NCBI RefSeq assembly: GCF_001194135.2
Contig: NC_068984.1
Location: 54,542,589 to 54,606,588 of the forward strand
Direction: 5' to 3'
Length of the DNA stretch: 64,000 nt
Source of the DNA: Octopus bimaculoides
Taxonomy: Eukaryota
Under the pieces are notes generated by a model. That model was not told where the DNA came from. It worked only from the letters and a program-made list of their open reading frames with translations, and did no database searches. A program made the translations under genes and the position numbers. Positions 1 through 12,046 of the stretch are shown in pieces (within the stretch, counting starts at the first letter, position 1; the number at the start of each line of letters is the position of its first letter).

Positions 1-193
1 CAATCTCTAAACAAAAATAGCAAAAAACGATTTATAAATACTTTATAAAGTGCAAAATGAGTTAGAATAAAGAAATAGGTGTGTCAGCTTTCTAACAGAA
101 AATAAGGATTGTTAAAATATAATAATGGCGCAAAATGAGCGGCTATACCTTACTACAAATTTCATACTTGATGACCTAATACATGCATATATA

Positions 194-356
194 GGACGGG
201 CTTCTTTCAGTTTCCGTCTACTAAATTCACTCACAAGGCTTTGGTCAGCTCGAGGCTATAATAGAAGATACTTGCCTAAGGTGTCACGCAGTGAGACTGA
301 GCTCGGAACCATGTAGTTGAGAAGCAAGTTTCTTACCATGCAGCCCCACCTGCGGT
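194..356 (-). mobile_element. tRNA-derived SINE, family 'A', head module only
   Basis: The reverse strand has a pol III A-box/B-box-like head followed by ...GGAAACTGAAAGAAGCCCGTC. It is a diverged homologue of 2757-2927, 51918-52077 and 59823-59993 and ends at a TA/CA microsatellite remnant. Confidence 0.8.
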
Positions 357-846
357 TATACCATACAGCCTATACCACACAAGCCTATATTTTCCTAATG
401 ACTGATATCTATTTTCTTCGAGATATTGAAGCAACTGGTATTCTTTAATTTTTTAAATTACAAATTCCATTTTTAGCTGTTATATATTCTTTGAGTCTTA
501 ATCACTGATATGAACCATGTAGACAAAAAGTAGAACATCTTTTTGTTAATACTGTACTTGTGAGAAGAATAGTGCTTAAAGGTTTCCAGATGGCCATTCA
601 CATATTCACTGGTTTACTAAACTAAATGATTTATAGTATTTAGTTTCGTTCTATATTGATACACCTCAGCCGTAAACTTTGGCTTTTATCTGTTTAAAAA
701 TCGATAAAGTGACATTGATATCCTGCCATGGTTTTATTTGATTGCACATAACTTCCTACAAAATTTAGGCGTGTACATGTTCAGAAGAACTCAATATTTA
801 AAATTGCATTTGAAACAATTATTCTTTATTTAAAAGTGAACGTTGA

Positions 847-878
<32 letters not shown>

Positions 879-2507
879 GATATTGGATAATATATATTAG
901 ATCGTCGTTTATCTATTTTTAAAACTTTCAAAATTTCATCTGAATTTATTTCTCAGAAAACTACGATTCTAGTAAATTGTTCTCTTGAACCGTTGCCTCT
1001 CAAACGTCTAATGGTTTTTATATCATTATTATCGATTGGTCATTTCTAAGAAACAATAATATCAGTACCTCATTGATCTTCCACTATTTCCCACTATTTC
1101 TATATATTATATTTTCCGATTTTTAAAAAAATTGGTCTCACTATAAAAACAGTTGTTGATGACTGAAGACGATGGGATTTCTTTGTCAAGAATTCTTTTT
1201 CTCCAGTTTTGCTTTCAATTTGCTATTTGCATATTATTTGGTTATTGGTTATATTGAACTGCAGTTAATTGCTAGCCTTCTTCTCTTTATTTACTTCAGT
1301 ACTCATTAATTGACCATAAGAAGGCTTCTTTTTAATTTCTCTGCGTTACAAAATTAGCATTTTTGCTATCTTTTAAATAGACCTTTTCCTTTACTCTATT
1401 TATTGTTTTAATAAAACAGAGAGAGAAGATAAGTGAAATTTTCGTATGCTCTTCTTCACAAAAGAAAGAGAGAGAGAGAGAGAGAGGTGGAATAAAGAAA
1501 GACAAACTTTGTTAGTTGTTCATTTGCCACCAGTATGCTATACCAACTATGCATTAATCAAAGTATTACCAATACATTGACGTTTCAAATACTTTTTTGT
1601 CAAACACTTGACAAATTCTTCCTTCACAATGTTCGAAGGGAAACGCTTAATAACTTCCATATTATACTGAAAGCTCACATTTATTTCTGAGAACAGTGAA
1701 GTGTATTTAGTGGCATCCACTCTGTTGCAAGCATTTGCAACAGAGGTCCCGAGTTTGAGGAATATTTCTTACTTTCCTCTCACTAGCCTTTTAAGAACTG
1801 GAAGAGGTCATAGAAGCTGCTCTTGCCTTCTCTTGGCAAAGTCGTTAAAAATAATTGACACATCGGTGTAACATGTACATAATTAGTCGATCTTTCGTGA
1901 TAAGAAGAAACTAACAGTGGGAATTTATGCTTCTTGCTTTGTTCATGTTATTCAAAAACATTTCAAGTTACATAGCCACAACCAAATTAAGAAGAGTTTT
2001 GCAATGTACTATATTTTCTCATTTGGCCCTTTCCCGATCTTATTCAAGAATAGATAGAATCATCGAATGAACTCTGAGTTCAAGAGGCTCTGTGGAACCT
2101 GTCTACCTCCACAATGTTTTACCGGTTTTTGTAACTGGTATTGCTTAATTCCGGGTCAGTCCTCCCTTATTGAGCAGATCATAGATCAATGGCATACCAG
2201 CTGGGACCATTCTATATTTTTTAGAAAAATACACAGCTGCATTATCTTTGTCATTTATTTGTTTAAGACTAGTTTGTGACTTCCCTGGTACAGTGGTACA
2301 TTGCCATTGCTTTCCTCTAATTTTTATATCCTGTCATAATTCAAGATAAGATAAAGAAATGTAGTGAATACATAAAAAAAATTATATGGTAGTAGTATAG
2401 ACAGAAACAGGAAAAAGTGCAATAGTAGCTGTAGACGAGACAGAAATTGGCAAAAACATTTAACTGCCCCCACCCAAATATTCTTAGCATATCGAAAGTA
2501 TATTATT

Positions 2508-2927
2508 GACTTACTCTCTTTTACTCTTTTACTTGTTTCAGTCATTTGACTGCGGCCATGCTGGAGCACCGCCTTTAGTCGAGAAAATCGACCCCAGGAC
2601 TTATTCTTTGTAAGCCCAGTACTTATTCTATCGGTGTCTTTTTGCCGAAGCGCTAAGTTACGGGGACGTAAACACACCAGCATTGGTTGTCAAGCGATGG
2701 TGGGGGGACAAACACAGACACACAAACACACACACACACATATATATATACATATATACGACGGGCTTCTTTCAGTTTCCGTCTACGAAATCCACTCACA
2801 AGGCTTTGGTCGGCCCGAGGCTATAGTAGAAGACACTTGCTCAAGGTGCCACGCAGTGGGACTGAACCCGGAACCATGTGGCTGGTAAGCAGGCTACTTA
2901 CCACACAGCCAATCCTGCGCCTATTTA
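2508..2927 (-). mobile_element. Composite tRNA-SINE: family A head + internal (TA/TG)n + conserved 3' module + (AAGAGTA)n-like tail
   Basis: Head with A box TGGCTGTGTGGT and B box GGTTCAGTCCC at 2757-2927, microsatellite at ~2715-2756, and a 3' module (GATAGAATAAGTAC...GGGGTCGAT...GGCGGTGCTCCAGCATGGCC) ending in a short tandem tail. The same architecture recurs at 51695-52077. Confidence 0.85.
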
Positions 2928-5299
2928 AGTAGAATTCATGTAGAAAACCAAATCATCACCTTAGGATATTCTTAGATAATCAGTAAGATCCCCAAATAAT
3001 TTTAGTTGTGACTTATTCTGAAGTCATTTTCAATTAAGCTGGTCTATGCACAAGGACATGCCAGCAATGACTGGTCAATATTTTTAGGAGCTTTTATTTT
3101 ACCTCTACATTAGTCAGTGTGTCTTTTCCATAGTCAAGACAGTAGTTCGTAGCTTGAAGGAAATTTGTATCCCATTTCTGACAGTTCACTCCACGACCAC
3201 GTTGGCTCGAATGATTTCCATGATTTCCAGTTATGATGAAATTATGTAATATCAGTTTTCTATTATTTCTTTTAAAATGAAATAAATATTTTGATGCAGC
3301 AAAGTTAATGATTTTGTAATAAATACAACTTGAAGACGGTGGATGGAAGAATGTAGAGAAATTAGAACTGTTAAAATTGCAACAAAAATTCTCTTCAAAT
3401 CACACTTTATCGTCTTAAGTAAAGTAAAATATACTGGACAATGTAGTCCATGTTTTATAAAAAAAATGTGATGATCATGGCTGGAATGTCTCTGACAATA
3501 GATCTGTTGGATCATAGCCGATCTGGAATAAACAACAATAACGACGACGATGACGACGACGACAGCAATCACAACAATACCAGCTGCTACAACAACAAAA
3601 ACACCAACGATATAAGGATAGATGTGCTGGCGTCTAACCGAGTATGCCCTTTCTTGAAATATATTTGGTGTTGAGCCAAAGCTTTAAGTCAATGATATGA
3701 ATGCAACTGGGTATGCTTTTAAGTAGCTTATTTACAGAATTTTTTTCATGAAAATTATATTTCATATTTCTTGTACATTTCTTGTAAATTATATTTGTAC
3801 TAGATCGTTACCCGTCGTATAACGAGTAATCATTGAAATGCATATTTGCTGCTGTGAGTAATATTAGGTAATTTTGCTTTAGTACAGTAATTGCAACTTT
3901 ACAATTTTCGTATTTCATGGCACAATTACAAATGATTACTAATTTTCTTTCATTAAAATATGCTAAAGCAAATTCTACATTTATAAATTTGCAATGAATA
4001 TGTTATGAATATTAATACTGTTTAACTATCAATTAATAGCACATGTAACATATAAGTTAGAGGGATTAAGGAACCAAAAATGAATATTATTGAGTGTTAT
4101 CTGTCATACGGTGTTTAGATGACAGTAGTATAGTTTTGCCACTATGAGTAATATTAAGTAATTTTCATATTTCCTCATTTGTTACTACATGATTATAGCT
4201 TATTCAAATTGTTTAGGATGCAGAAGTTTCACTCTTATAGTTTTTTGATACAACCAGTTTATATGAAGTTGTCATGTTATAACTTTACAATATGTGATCT
4301 TTCGATTTTGAATTTGTTTTGAAAGAATTTTGATCCGAAACCGTGTGTTGAAATCAATACAGTTATATTTGGGAAGATTCATAATCAATAAAGTTTTTAA
4401 ATACACCCATTGGTTGTTGTCTGTCTATATTTATATAAACAAAAGCATCATTAGCTCACTTGCTTACTACTATGGAGATATAACAACTGTAATATATATN
4501 NNNNNNNNNNNNNNNNNNNNNNNNNNNNNNNNNNNNNNNNNNNNNNNNNNNNNNNNNNNNNNNNNNNNNNNNNNNNNNNNNNNNNNNNNNNNNTCCGATC
4601 TATATAACAACTAAAAACCCAAGCATTTAAAAGATAAAATGTACACTCGTTGAAAAGGATACGGATCGGTGTTGTTGAGAATATTTTGAGGGACATAAAC
4701 AAACATCAACAGCTTTGAAAAAAGAAAAGGAATTAAAAAATAATCAAGCAACAATCAATAAACTTTACAACAAACCAATAAAAATCACTTTGATTATAAC
4801 CATACAAAAGTTATTATTTTCTTGAACTTGTTATTTGCATATTACATTCATATTTTAGAAGTGTATTGTATACATATTTTCGCAAGCAATTTCAAAGAGA
4901 ATATTTACATTATAAAGATTTTATGTACAGATTTAACTTCGGGAGAACATTTTCAAAAACTTAGTTAACTATGCAAAAAAATCAGTGCTTGCATCATAAA
5001 AGCAATATTTTACGTCAGAAGATCATTTATGACTACATTTTCTGCGAATGCACGATCGTTTTATAAAAGATGGTCTTATTTCATTTGAAGTGAAATCTGT
5101 AATTTCAGGTGCTATTGATTTCTTTTTGTCCTACTTAGAGCTAACATAGCTGTCCGTGGTTAAACACAAGCTTTGGTAGATACGCTCTCTTATAAAGTTT
5201 TCAATATTTTTGGAATAATTTAATGCAAACAACCGTAATTTGTATCTGTTTTACATATCACTGTCATTAGCTTCTCTGAAATCTGTAAAATAAAGTTGT

Positions 5300-7080
5300 G
5301 CAAACAGTCACTGTTCACCACCATTTCGGTGCATGTTAGAAGCACAGTGATAAATTTAGCCATATGCTCTAAAAATGCTGGGTCACCAATCTGTGTAATT
5401 ATCTACTCCAATTAAAATGATAGATTATACATTCAGAGAGACACGCTGGTAAAAAGTTCAATGAGCATCGAAATTAGAACGCATTTCTCATTTCTCTTCA
5501 AAAATGTTGCTGGTGATCACTTTATCAAACTGTACTTTCTTTCCAATTTTCCTTTGCGCGAGAAATCCTGTCTGTCAACTACTCTCCTGTTTTCCCTCTC
5601 CTATTCTATAATTTCGGAACATCTGAACGCTGATATTTGTAGAGTTTATTCTCGTTTTCTCGTTCTGTTTGCAGTTGTTGCAGATGTTTGCCAAAATGTC
5701 ATCAAACAAATCTGGCTTACACAAGTGTGCTATTTCCACCTCCCATAAAGACCGAATTGTAGCTTTGTTGTTTTGATGCACCCCTGCCACCCGGGTCTAT
5801 TTAAAAGGTTTCATCCCTTCGTGTCTTAGAAAATGTGCTCTAGCTATGGCAATGCAACCTTCGTTCTCTGCGTTGAAAAAGTGGTCAAAAAGCTGATCTC
5901 GGTTGCCAGTTACGAAGCCTTTCCTAAGCGCCTCTTCTAAATTATAAACTTTTCACTATTTTATTTTTCTCTATTTCTTCGATCTCATCAAACCTTATCA
6001 ATTTTAATCTAATAATCCTTTTCAAGACAAACTACCATCTATTGTCGGCGATTGCACCCGTCAACCATTGCTTGGCTAATTCGTTAACCCAGTCTCTGTA
6101 GGCTTGGTATGCCAGGAGCAATACGTTCAGCTTCCAGTAACCGGGCTCTTGTGTTTGCAGCCTATATAGGTCGACCGTGCAAATCACAAATTTGTGATCT
6201 GTGTAGTCGGCGAGTTTAAAATGTGGTTAACCTATGCTAAATCTATTAACTAGCTTACAAAATATTCTTAGTAAATACGATACGGATGACCCGAGGCGGT
6301 TTGCTTATTTTCACATTAGCATTTCAGCAAATCTGGTCGGTATTTGTCAAATAGTTGGAAACGTCTGAGGTTTGTGAGGCATTCGCACTCCCCTTTTCTA
6401 ACAGTAAGACTAATACAATTCAAACGTGCTTCCAAGATGTAGTTCCAATAATCTACTAATACTAAGGAGTGGGGCATTCCCAGGAAGCCTCACAGGTGCC
6501 AGAAGAAATCCAGCCGCTCCTGTTGGAGCATAAACTGCGACTAGTCTGAAGACACTACATTTGCTACTGTTTATGTGCAGGATCAGCAACTTACCCTCTG
6601 GATAAAATATTGTTTCTTATTGGTGTGACGGTGGTGATGGTAATGCACAATGTGCTACTGCTATTGTTGTTGCGAGCTTCTTCGCTGTTGTTGGTGTTAT
6701 AGTTATTACTGTTGTTGTTATTACTTGCTATTGTTGGTGTTATAGTTATTACCGTTGTTGTTGTTGTTGTTGTAACCGATGCTACTGCTACTGTTTTTAA
6801 TTACTACAGCATCTTTTTAACTACTACAATGTCAGGACTTGACTGCGAAAGACGTTTTTATCTTGCAAAAAGTTTTTTCGCAGCTTCTTCATTTGTTGAC
6901 AGGTCGACAGCTAAAACTTTTTCCTTGTCTCGAAAGAAGTTCTTTGTAAAATTTTGCCTCGTAGAAGGAGTAGTAAAAAAACCAATGGTCAGTACCTTAT
7001 CGTTCTGGTCAACCAAAAGCACTTCTTAAAAAGAAAACAAGACATAAACTTACAGAGCTTTCAAAACTCACTTAGCTTCA
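5300..7080 (-). mobile_element. Degenerate, internally deleted Tx1/L1-like LINE (ORF1 start, APE endonuclease, linker, RT start)
   Basis: Manual minus-strand translation with stops and frameshifts gives FRLVAVYAP (~6530-6560), DHKFVICTVDL...PGYWKLN (~6110-6210), LTGAIADNRW and PDLFDDILAN (RT N-terminus, ~5690-5730). An N/S/Q-rich ORF1-like stretch lies at 6620-7030. It is the same family as 12047-14280. Confidence 0.7.
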
Positions 7081-7124
7081 GCAACAATGAAACCACCAGC
7101 ACTACTACTTGTTTCTAATGTTGA

Positions 7125-7290
7125 CACAGTTTTGAAGGGAGGAGATAAGTCAATACTATCTAGCTACTTTATTTTATCGAATCCAGCAAAATGAAAGGCA
7201 AAGTTGACGTTTGCAAGATTTGAACTTAGAATGTAAAATGTTGTAACTAAATACAGCAAAGCTGTTTAACCGATCGATGGTCTATCGATT
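7125..7290 (-). mobile_element. Degenerate family 'C' tRNA-SINE
   Basis: Contains the reverse complement of the family C central domain (ATGAAAGGCAAAGTTGAC on plus; compare 35330-35350). Confidence 0.6.
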
Positions 7291-7993
7291 TTCGCAAGCC
7301 ATCAAGTGTCTCTTACTACTACAAATGTACCAGTTGCATTCGCTTTCCTGCACCACAAATCTTATATTTTTACTTTATGCACCCATGATTAGGTTCACTG
7401 CTGAAATTACTCTATCATTTTCGAGGATCATTTATATGCATAAGAATTTCACTCACATATATACTTTGTTTACTTGAAAACTTATCATCTTTTTGAATTG
7501 CACCCCAAAAGTGATCTGAAACTGGATTCAGTGTAGTGAAATACATTTTACTATAACATTTGTATTGCACTCCCCAAGTAATGTAGTTTGAGTTTCAGGC
7601 CGCATTAACTCGGTCTGCTTTTTCAAATCGTTGTCCTTATTGAATATTACGCAAGAAGTTGCACAGTGTCTTCCTTGGTTAATAAAGAATAGGCTACTTC
7701 ACACTTCGGTCTGGAATGCTTGCAATCGTTCTAATGGGGCCTTGGGAAAGTTCCTGTATCTTCTGAGATGCAGTGATAATAATTTTTTCTGATGTTCAAT
7801 AAGGGATTGCGGTGTAGATTCACATTCCTTTGATATACATCTCCACTAGGCTGACATTTTCTCTGTTAAATAGTTCATGCCAGGGGCTATTTGGTTATGG
7901 TATTTCATACGACAGAAGGAAGGCAGGAAGCACTTTTACAGTTCCTCTATTCGAACTCTCCATTCATTTCTTTGATTAGTGAAAGGCTTAGGC

Positions 7994-7996
<3 letters not shown>

Positions 7997-8051
<55 letters not shown>

Positions 8052-8066
8052 GTGTGTGTTTGTGTG
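7997..8066. repeat. (TG)n microsatellite
   Basis: Directly visible. Confidence 0.95.
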
Positions 8067-9059
8067 TGCCTTCTGCGCGCAATAAATGATGATTCTGTTA
8101 TTTTATCATTTACATTGTTCAACATGATTATTTTCTATCAGAAATTCTTTTATTAAACTAAAAAACATTCTGTTGAAGGATTGAATACATTTCTTTTCTG
8201 TTTTACTGTTTTCTGTCCTTAAAATACGCTTATTTGCGTTCAAATCATTTTTTGTGAGGCGTATCTAAACGCTGTAGCTATCTTGTTTGTTTACGAGTAA
8301 TAGAAAAGAAAAAAAAAAGTTTTTCTTTGCAAATTAGTCTTTCCCCCAAAAGGGAAAAATTGATGCAAACTATTAAAATCGCTGCCTCTCTATTTAGAAG
8401 ATTTGCATTAAGAACGTTTTTCTATGTAGTTTCACTTGCTAAAAATCCACGACATGGGAAAACTAGACGAAACATGCCCGACTATCTCAAACATAAGAAC
8501 TGAAACAACAACAACAACGACAATAATTATAAAAAATAAAAATAGGAAAACGAATGCATAAGAAGAGTCCAGGAAATATTAAAATCCCAACTTAGCTGTA
8601 GAAATGTTATTACAGCTATCAATTCATGCGCTGTCTCGATCATTCGATACAGAGAAAGTATAATCAAATGGCACACCAAAAACTATAGGATATTTACAGG
8701 AAAACTAGGAAGTTGTTGTCGATATATAATATTTCACAAAATGCTGTTATTGACAGACTGTATATAAAATGCTGCGATGGTTTGACTGGCGTTGGAGATT
8801 GTGGTGTAACAGAGGAACGTTGTATGTTTCAGAAAGTAAAGAAAAACGCTATGAGCTGTGAAAAGAGAAGGAACAATAAACGACAGAGAAAAAAAAAAAA
8901 GAATATATGTGGTTCCCTCTAGCTATGGCTGTTAATACAAAGGAAACAACGCACACCCCCACAACGTGAGCCGGGATTAGAAATTTGAATTTGAAATTAA
9001 GAAATATTAGGAAAATGTATAGAATTCACTTATTTATAAACTTTCGAGTGAACGTGAAA

Positions 9060-9510
9060 TAATTCTTTTTGGAGCAGTATATCTCGAAGAACATAAAGCT
9101 ATGTGTAATAGCATGTAAATATTGGGCAAAAAACACTTTTGGTTAGAAAAAGTCGAAGGCTACCTGTGGGACTGGAACCCACGTCCCCTATAAACATGAC
9201 AAATGTTCTACCATTGGACTATAGCAACCCTTCGAACTTGTCTATCCATTTAAAAATTTGTCTATCCATTCTTACCAGCAAGAATTGTATGTTGTCTACA
9301 TCATAAGGGTTTAGAAACTTTTGAGAGGACGTGAAACAATTTTTTTGGAATAGTGGATACCGAAGCACACAAAAATATAAATAATAACATGGCTACAGGA
9401 AATTTAGTAGCTTTCGACTTTGTCTACACAAAAGGGCTTTTCAACCCAATATTTACATGTTATGATTTATAGCTTTATATGCTTCAGGATCCACTATTCC
9501 AAAAAATAAT
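9060..9510. repeat. Imperfect ~105-bp inverted repeats (9060-9165 vs 9405-9510) plus a partial direct copy (~9325-9395)
   Basis: The reverse complement of 9405-9510 aligns with 9060-9165 (shared CATGTAAATATTGGG and AAAGTCGAA[A/G]GCTAC blocks). Confidence 0.65.
9158..9229 (-). pseudogene. tRNA-like sequence (degenerate cloverleaf) inside a repeat
   Basis: The minus strand reads GGTTGCTATAGTCCAATGGTAGAACATTTGTCATGTTTATAGGGGACGTGGGTTCCAGTCCCACAGGTAGCC. It has an A box (TAGTCCAATGG), a perfect 5-bp T stem (GTGGG/CCCAC) and a B-box-like loop. The anticodon arm is non-canonical, so no isotype is called. Confidence 0.55.
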
Positions 9511-9839
9511 TACTTATCTTTTTTGTTTTTGTTTACCTATTACGAAGTTCATACACTTTCTAGTGGATAGTAATTATGTAAAGAAAAAAATATGAAAAGT
9601 CGGAAAGGCAAACTGAATGGCAAAAAATGCTTTGAATATTCTTCAAGAACACTGCTTTTAGAGGTACACGGATTTGGGGTTGGTTAAGGAAACGGGGGGT
9701 GAGTTAAAGAATGTTACAAACGGCACAGTAATGGCAGCTCAAGAACAGACCATAATGGATACCAACAGTTAGAAGACATAAAGATCAGGAGTATAGGTTA
9801 TTATTATATCGATTACGACTACATATAGGCATGGATGAA

Positions 9840-10150
9840 GGCCCATGGCTCAGTAGTTAGAGCGTCGGGCTTACAATCATAAGGTTGTGAGTTCGATTCC
9901 TAGACCGGGCTGTGTGTTGTGTTCTTGAGCAAGACACTTTATTTCACGTTGCTTCAGTTCACTCAGCTGTAGAAATGAGTTGTGACATCACTGGTGCCAA
10001 GCTGTATCGGCTTTTCCCTTTCTCTTGGATAACGTTGGTAAGCATGAGTGACTGCTGGTCTTCCATAAAAAATCTTGCCCGGACTTGTGCCTTGGAGGGA
10101 AACTTTCTAGGTGAAATTCCATGGTCATTCATGAACGAAGGGCTCTTCAC
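9840..10150 (+). mobile_element. tRNA-derived SINE, family 'D'
   Basis: A box TGGCTCAGTAG and B box GAGTTCGATTCC, then TTGAGCAAGACACTTTATTTCACGTTGC, which is shared with 22416-22740. Confidence 0.8.
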
Positions 10151-10643
10151 CCTTTTACGAGATGAAAACGAAGAGACGATCAAAGTTTAACAGCCAAGCA
10201 CAGTAGAGACAGTACAAAGGCTTGAGACACGATATAACTGCATTAGTTTAAGACTGGTAATTGTATTAAGCATGCAGTACAAGACATTTAGTAAAATATT
10301 ATGATCATAAAAGTTGTCGAAAATGATCAGATAAAAAATTTATGGTATACGAAAATTCAGACAGAGTAAGGACTGCGACATTGCAGACTAGATATCGTAC
10401 TAGAGAAAAATATTAAGACTTGTAAGATTTTTGTAGAATTTGTCAATAAAACATGAGCGTGAAACAAAAAAGGAAACAGGAAGGTGGTCAAATTCGAGGA
10501 CTGTAGAGAGAAAAGTAATAGGATTACTATGGACAAAGTTTGAAAATATCACCAAATAGCTTAAGCATGTATCTTCAGCACACCTTGAGTTTTAAGATAT
10601 GCTGAATGTCTGAAGATAAGGGTAGCGGCTTGGTCTCCAGCGA

Positions 10644-10674
<31 letters not shown>

Positions 10675-11059
10675 CATACATACATACATACTACTACTTG
10701 CTGTAGTGGTAGTGATAGTGGTAGTAGTAATAATGATAACGTCAACAACAGCAATAACAACAGCAACAATGATAATAGTAAAGATTCTTTATTGGCCACA
10801 ACGGCCTCAAAATCCGCTTGAGACAATGCAAAGACAAAGGATGCAACTCTTCAACTCTGCATTTGGCAGAGTTACAGACCTATTAAATACATTCCCCTCG
10901 TTTGAGTCCTTACTAAGTTACACTACCACACTTCTTTTCGCAGAACTAGGAATTCTCATGTTCTGCTCTAGGTTTCAGTAGACATCTGCCAAGAACCGAA
11001 AAAAACCTGGTACATGAAGATAAAGCTCGTAGAGCAAACCGTCCAACCCCTAGCTGAGA

Positions 11060-11510
11060 TTAACAAAATTACAAAACTTGCATACTGCAAAGCAACATGC
11101 TGTAGTATGGAAATTTATAAACACTTTAACTGGAAGAAAATTGAAGCCCTCCATCAGGCTTAAAGGTTGTTCCTCTGAGAAGCGCAAGGCCAACTGGTTT
11201 GACCACTTTCAGAAACTTCTTACAGAACCATCACAAATTAGCGATCTTCCACTTCCTCTACTCCAAATATTATTACACATCAACACGGACCTTTTCACAT
11301 TGGATGAGCTCAAAGTAGCTCTCAGTAGTTTTGTTAACAATAAATCTCCAGGACTCGATAACATTCCAACATTACTGTGGAAAGATCAAATATTTCATGA
11401 AACCTTACTAGGTTTCTGCAACGACACATATGCACAATAATTGCTTCCATCAGCTTGATTAAAGGATGAAATTGTCCCCGTCCCAAAATAAGGTCAATGA
11501 GAGCTCAACT
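11060..11510 (+). mobile_element. RTE/RTE-X-like LINE fragment (pre-RT linker and RT start)
   Basis: ORF 11078-11440 reads VWKFINTLTGRK...NWFDHFQKLL...FTLDELKVAL...KSPGLDNIP..LWK, followed by EIVPVPK. This is the typical non-LTR RT domain 0/1 region. Confidence 0.75.
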
Positions 11511-11514
11511 AAAG

Positions 11515-11700
11515 AGGAATCTATCTGTCCTCATGCCTCTCAGCCTTGTCCACCAAACAACCTCTTTCGCTACAGCCACCAGGCGAAGGAAAACTGCCTT
11601 GCCTGCCCGATTGAAGGAGGGCGGCGGTGCGGTCATCACTACAGACTCGGCAGACAAACGGATTCGTCCCACACGTGACAGCATCTGTTCAACATAACAC
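11515..11700 (-). mobile_element. Tx1-like LINE ORF2 C-terminal fragment
   Basis: ORF 11505-11711 (WCYVEQMLSRVGRIRLSAESVV...KEVVWWTRLRG) resembles the post-RT C-terminal region of L1/Tx1 ORF2. The assignment is by recognition only. Confidence 0.55.
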
Positions 11701-11735
11701 CACAACGACACATATGCACATCATTTGCCTCCATC

Positions 11736-12046
11736 GACTGTTTACCTCGATGATCTGCTGTAGCTCCTGAACAGAAATGCGGAACTCTGTGTGAAGCCGA
11801 TAACAGCGGATGAAATCGGAGCAGTGATGCACAGCGCGAGGAAGAAGTCGCTGGGGTTGGATGGTTTGCTCTACGAGCTTTATCTTCATGTACCAGGTTT
11901 TTTTTCGGTTCTTGGCAGATGTCTACTGAAACTTAGAGCAGAACATGTTCTGCGAAAAGAAGTGTGGTAGTGTAACTTAGTAAGGACTCAAACGAGGGGA
12001 ATGAATTTAATAGGTCTGTAACTCTGCCAAATGCAGAGTTGAAGTC
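11736..12046 (+). mobile_element. Tx1-like LINE RT N-terminal fragment, inverted relative to the adjoining 5' half
   Basis: Manual translation gives PITADEIGAVM..RKKSLGLDGLLYELY... and ...NRSVTLPNAELK, decayed forms of the KSPGLDG and FRPITLLN motifs. Confidence 0.7.

Larger units (their letters stand above)
10849..12044. repeat. ~200-bp near-identical inverted repeat (arms 10849-11054 and 11850-12044) made of Tx1-like RT sequence
   Basis: The left arm CTTCAACTCTGCATTTGGCAG...CCAACCCCTAGC is the reverse complement of GCTGGGGTTGG...GCAGAGTTGAAG, apart from a few substitutions and one ~11-nt insertion in the left arm. Confidence 0.92.

Noticed and set aside
1600-2300. Coding-like, slightly GC-richer stretch (possible transposase relic)
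   Set aside because: All frames have multiple stops and I could not identify a family motif.
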